Assembly: GCA_000388065.2 (NCBI GenBank)
Contig: KB932209.1
Direction: 5' to 3' (one strand)
Source: Fonticula alba ATCC 38817
Lineage: Eukaryota > Protista > Nucleariida
DNA length: 18,682 nucleotides
Shown: positions 18,657 to 18,682 of the stretch, one piece after another
Position numbering within the stretch: the stretch's first letter is position 1
Layout of the letters: each line of letters begins with the position of its first letter
Notes under the pieces: generated by a model
Database searches by the model: none
What the model was told of the DNA's origin: nothing
What the model saw: the letters and a program-made list of their open reading frames with translations, nothing else
Made by a program: the position numbers and the translations under genes

Positions 18657-18682
18657 CGCCAGGGCAATACGACGGCCCGCTG
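18657..18682. repeat. 26-bp exact direct repeat, copy 2, preceded by an interrupted (CA)n microsatellite at about 18629-18656
   Basis: Identical to 14576-14601; the offset is 4,081 bp. Confidence 0.9.

Noticed and set aside
1-18682. rRNA, tRNA, snRNA, telomeric repeats, CRISPR arrays, transposase or reverse transcriptase genes
   Set aside because: No diagnostic motifs were found by eye. Small or divergent ncRNAs cannot be excluded without Infernal or tRNAscan-SE.

Overview
GC-rich, intron-containing eukaryotic genomic DNA from a draft assembly: six N gaps (about 1,970 N in total), many long poly-G/poly-C tracts and short microsatellites. The style and protein similarities suggest a unicellular opisthokont such as Fonticula; this is inference, not a search result. 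Four spliced housekeeping genes can be reconstructed by hand: fumarylacetoacetase FAH (+, 4047-5617, 3 exons, 440 aa); a ZCCHC9-like protein with four zinc knuckles (-, 7195-6003, 4 exons, about 276 aa, probably with one GC-AG intron); an MPP6/MPHOSPH6-like exosome cofactor (+, 7917-8887, 2 exons, 260 aa), head-to-head with ZCCHC9; and a choline-phosphate cytidylyltransferase PCYT1/CCT (-, 12441-9359, 6 exons, about 426 aa, two introns span N gaps). A further gene probably starts at 108 on the - strand and runs off the window. Regions 800-3750 and 12900-18682 have no recognisable product. No rRNA, tRNA, CRISPR array or transposase was recognised. The best leads are the divergent ZCCHC9/MPP6 RNA-surveillance pair with a shared 3' motif, a possible splice-switchable signal peptide on FAH, a +4C-dominated splice donor consensus, an HFAH variant of the HxGH motif in CCT, strand-polarised G-tracts, and a 26-bp exact repeat 4,081 bp apart at the right end.
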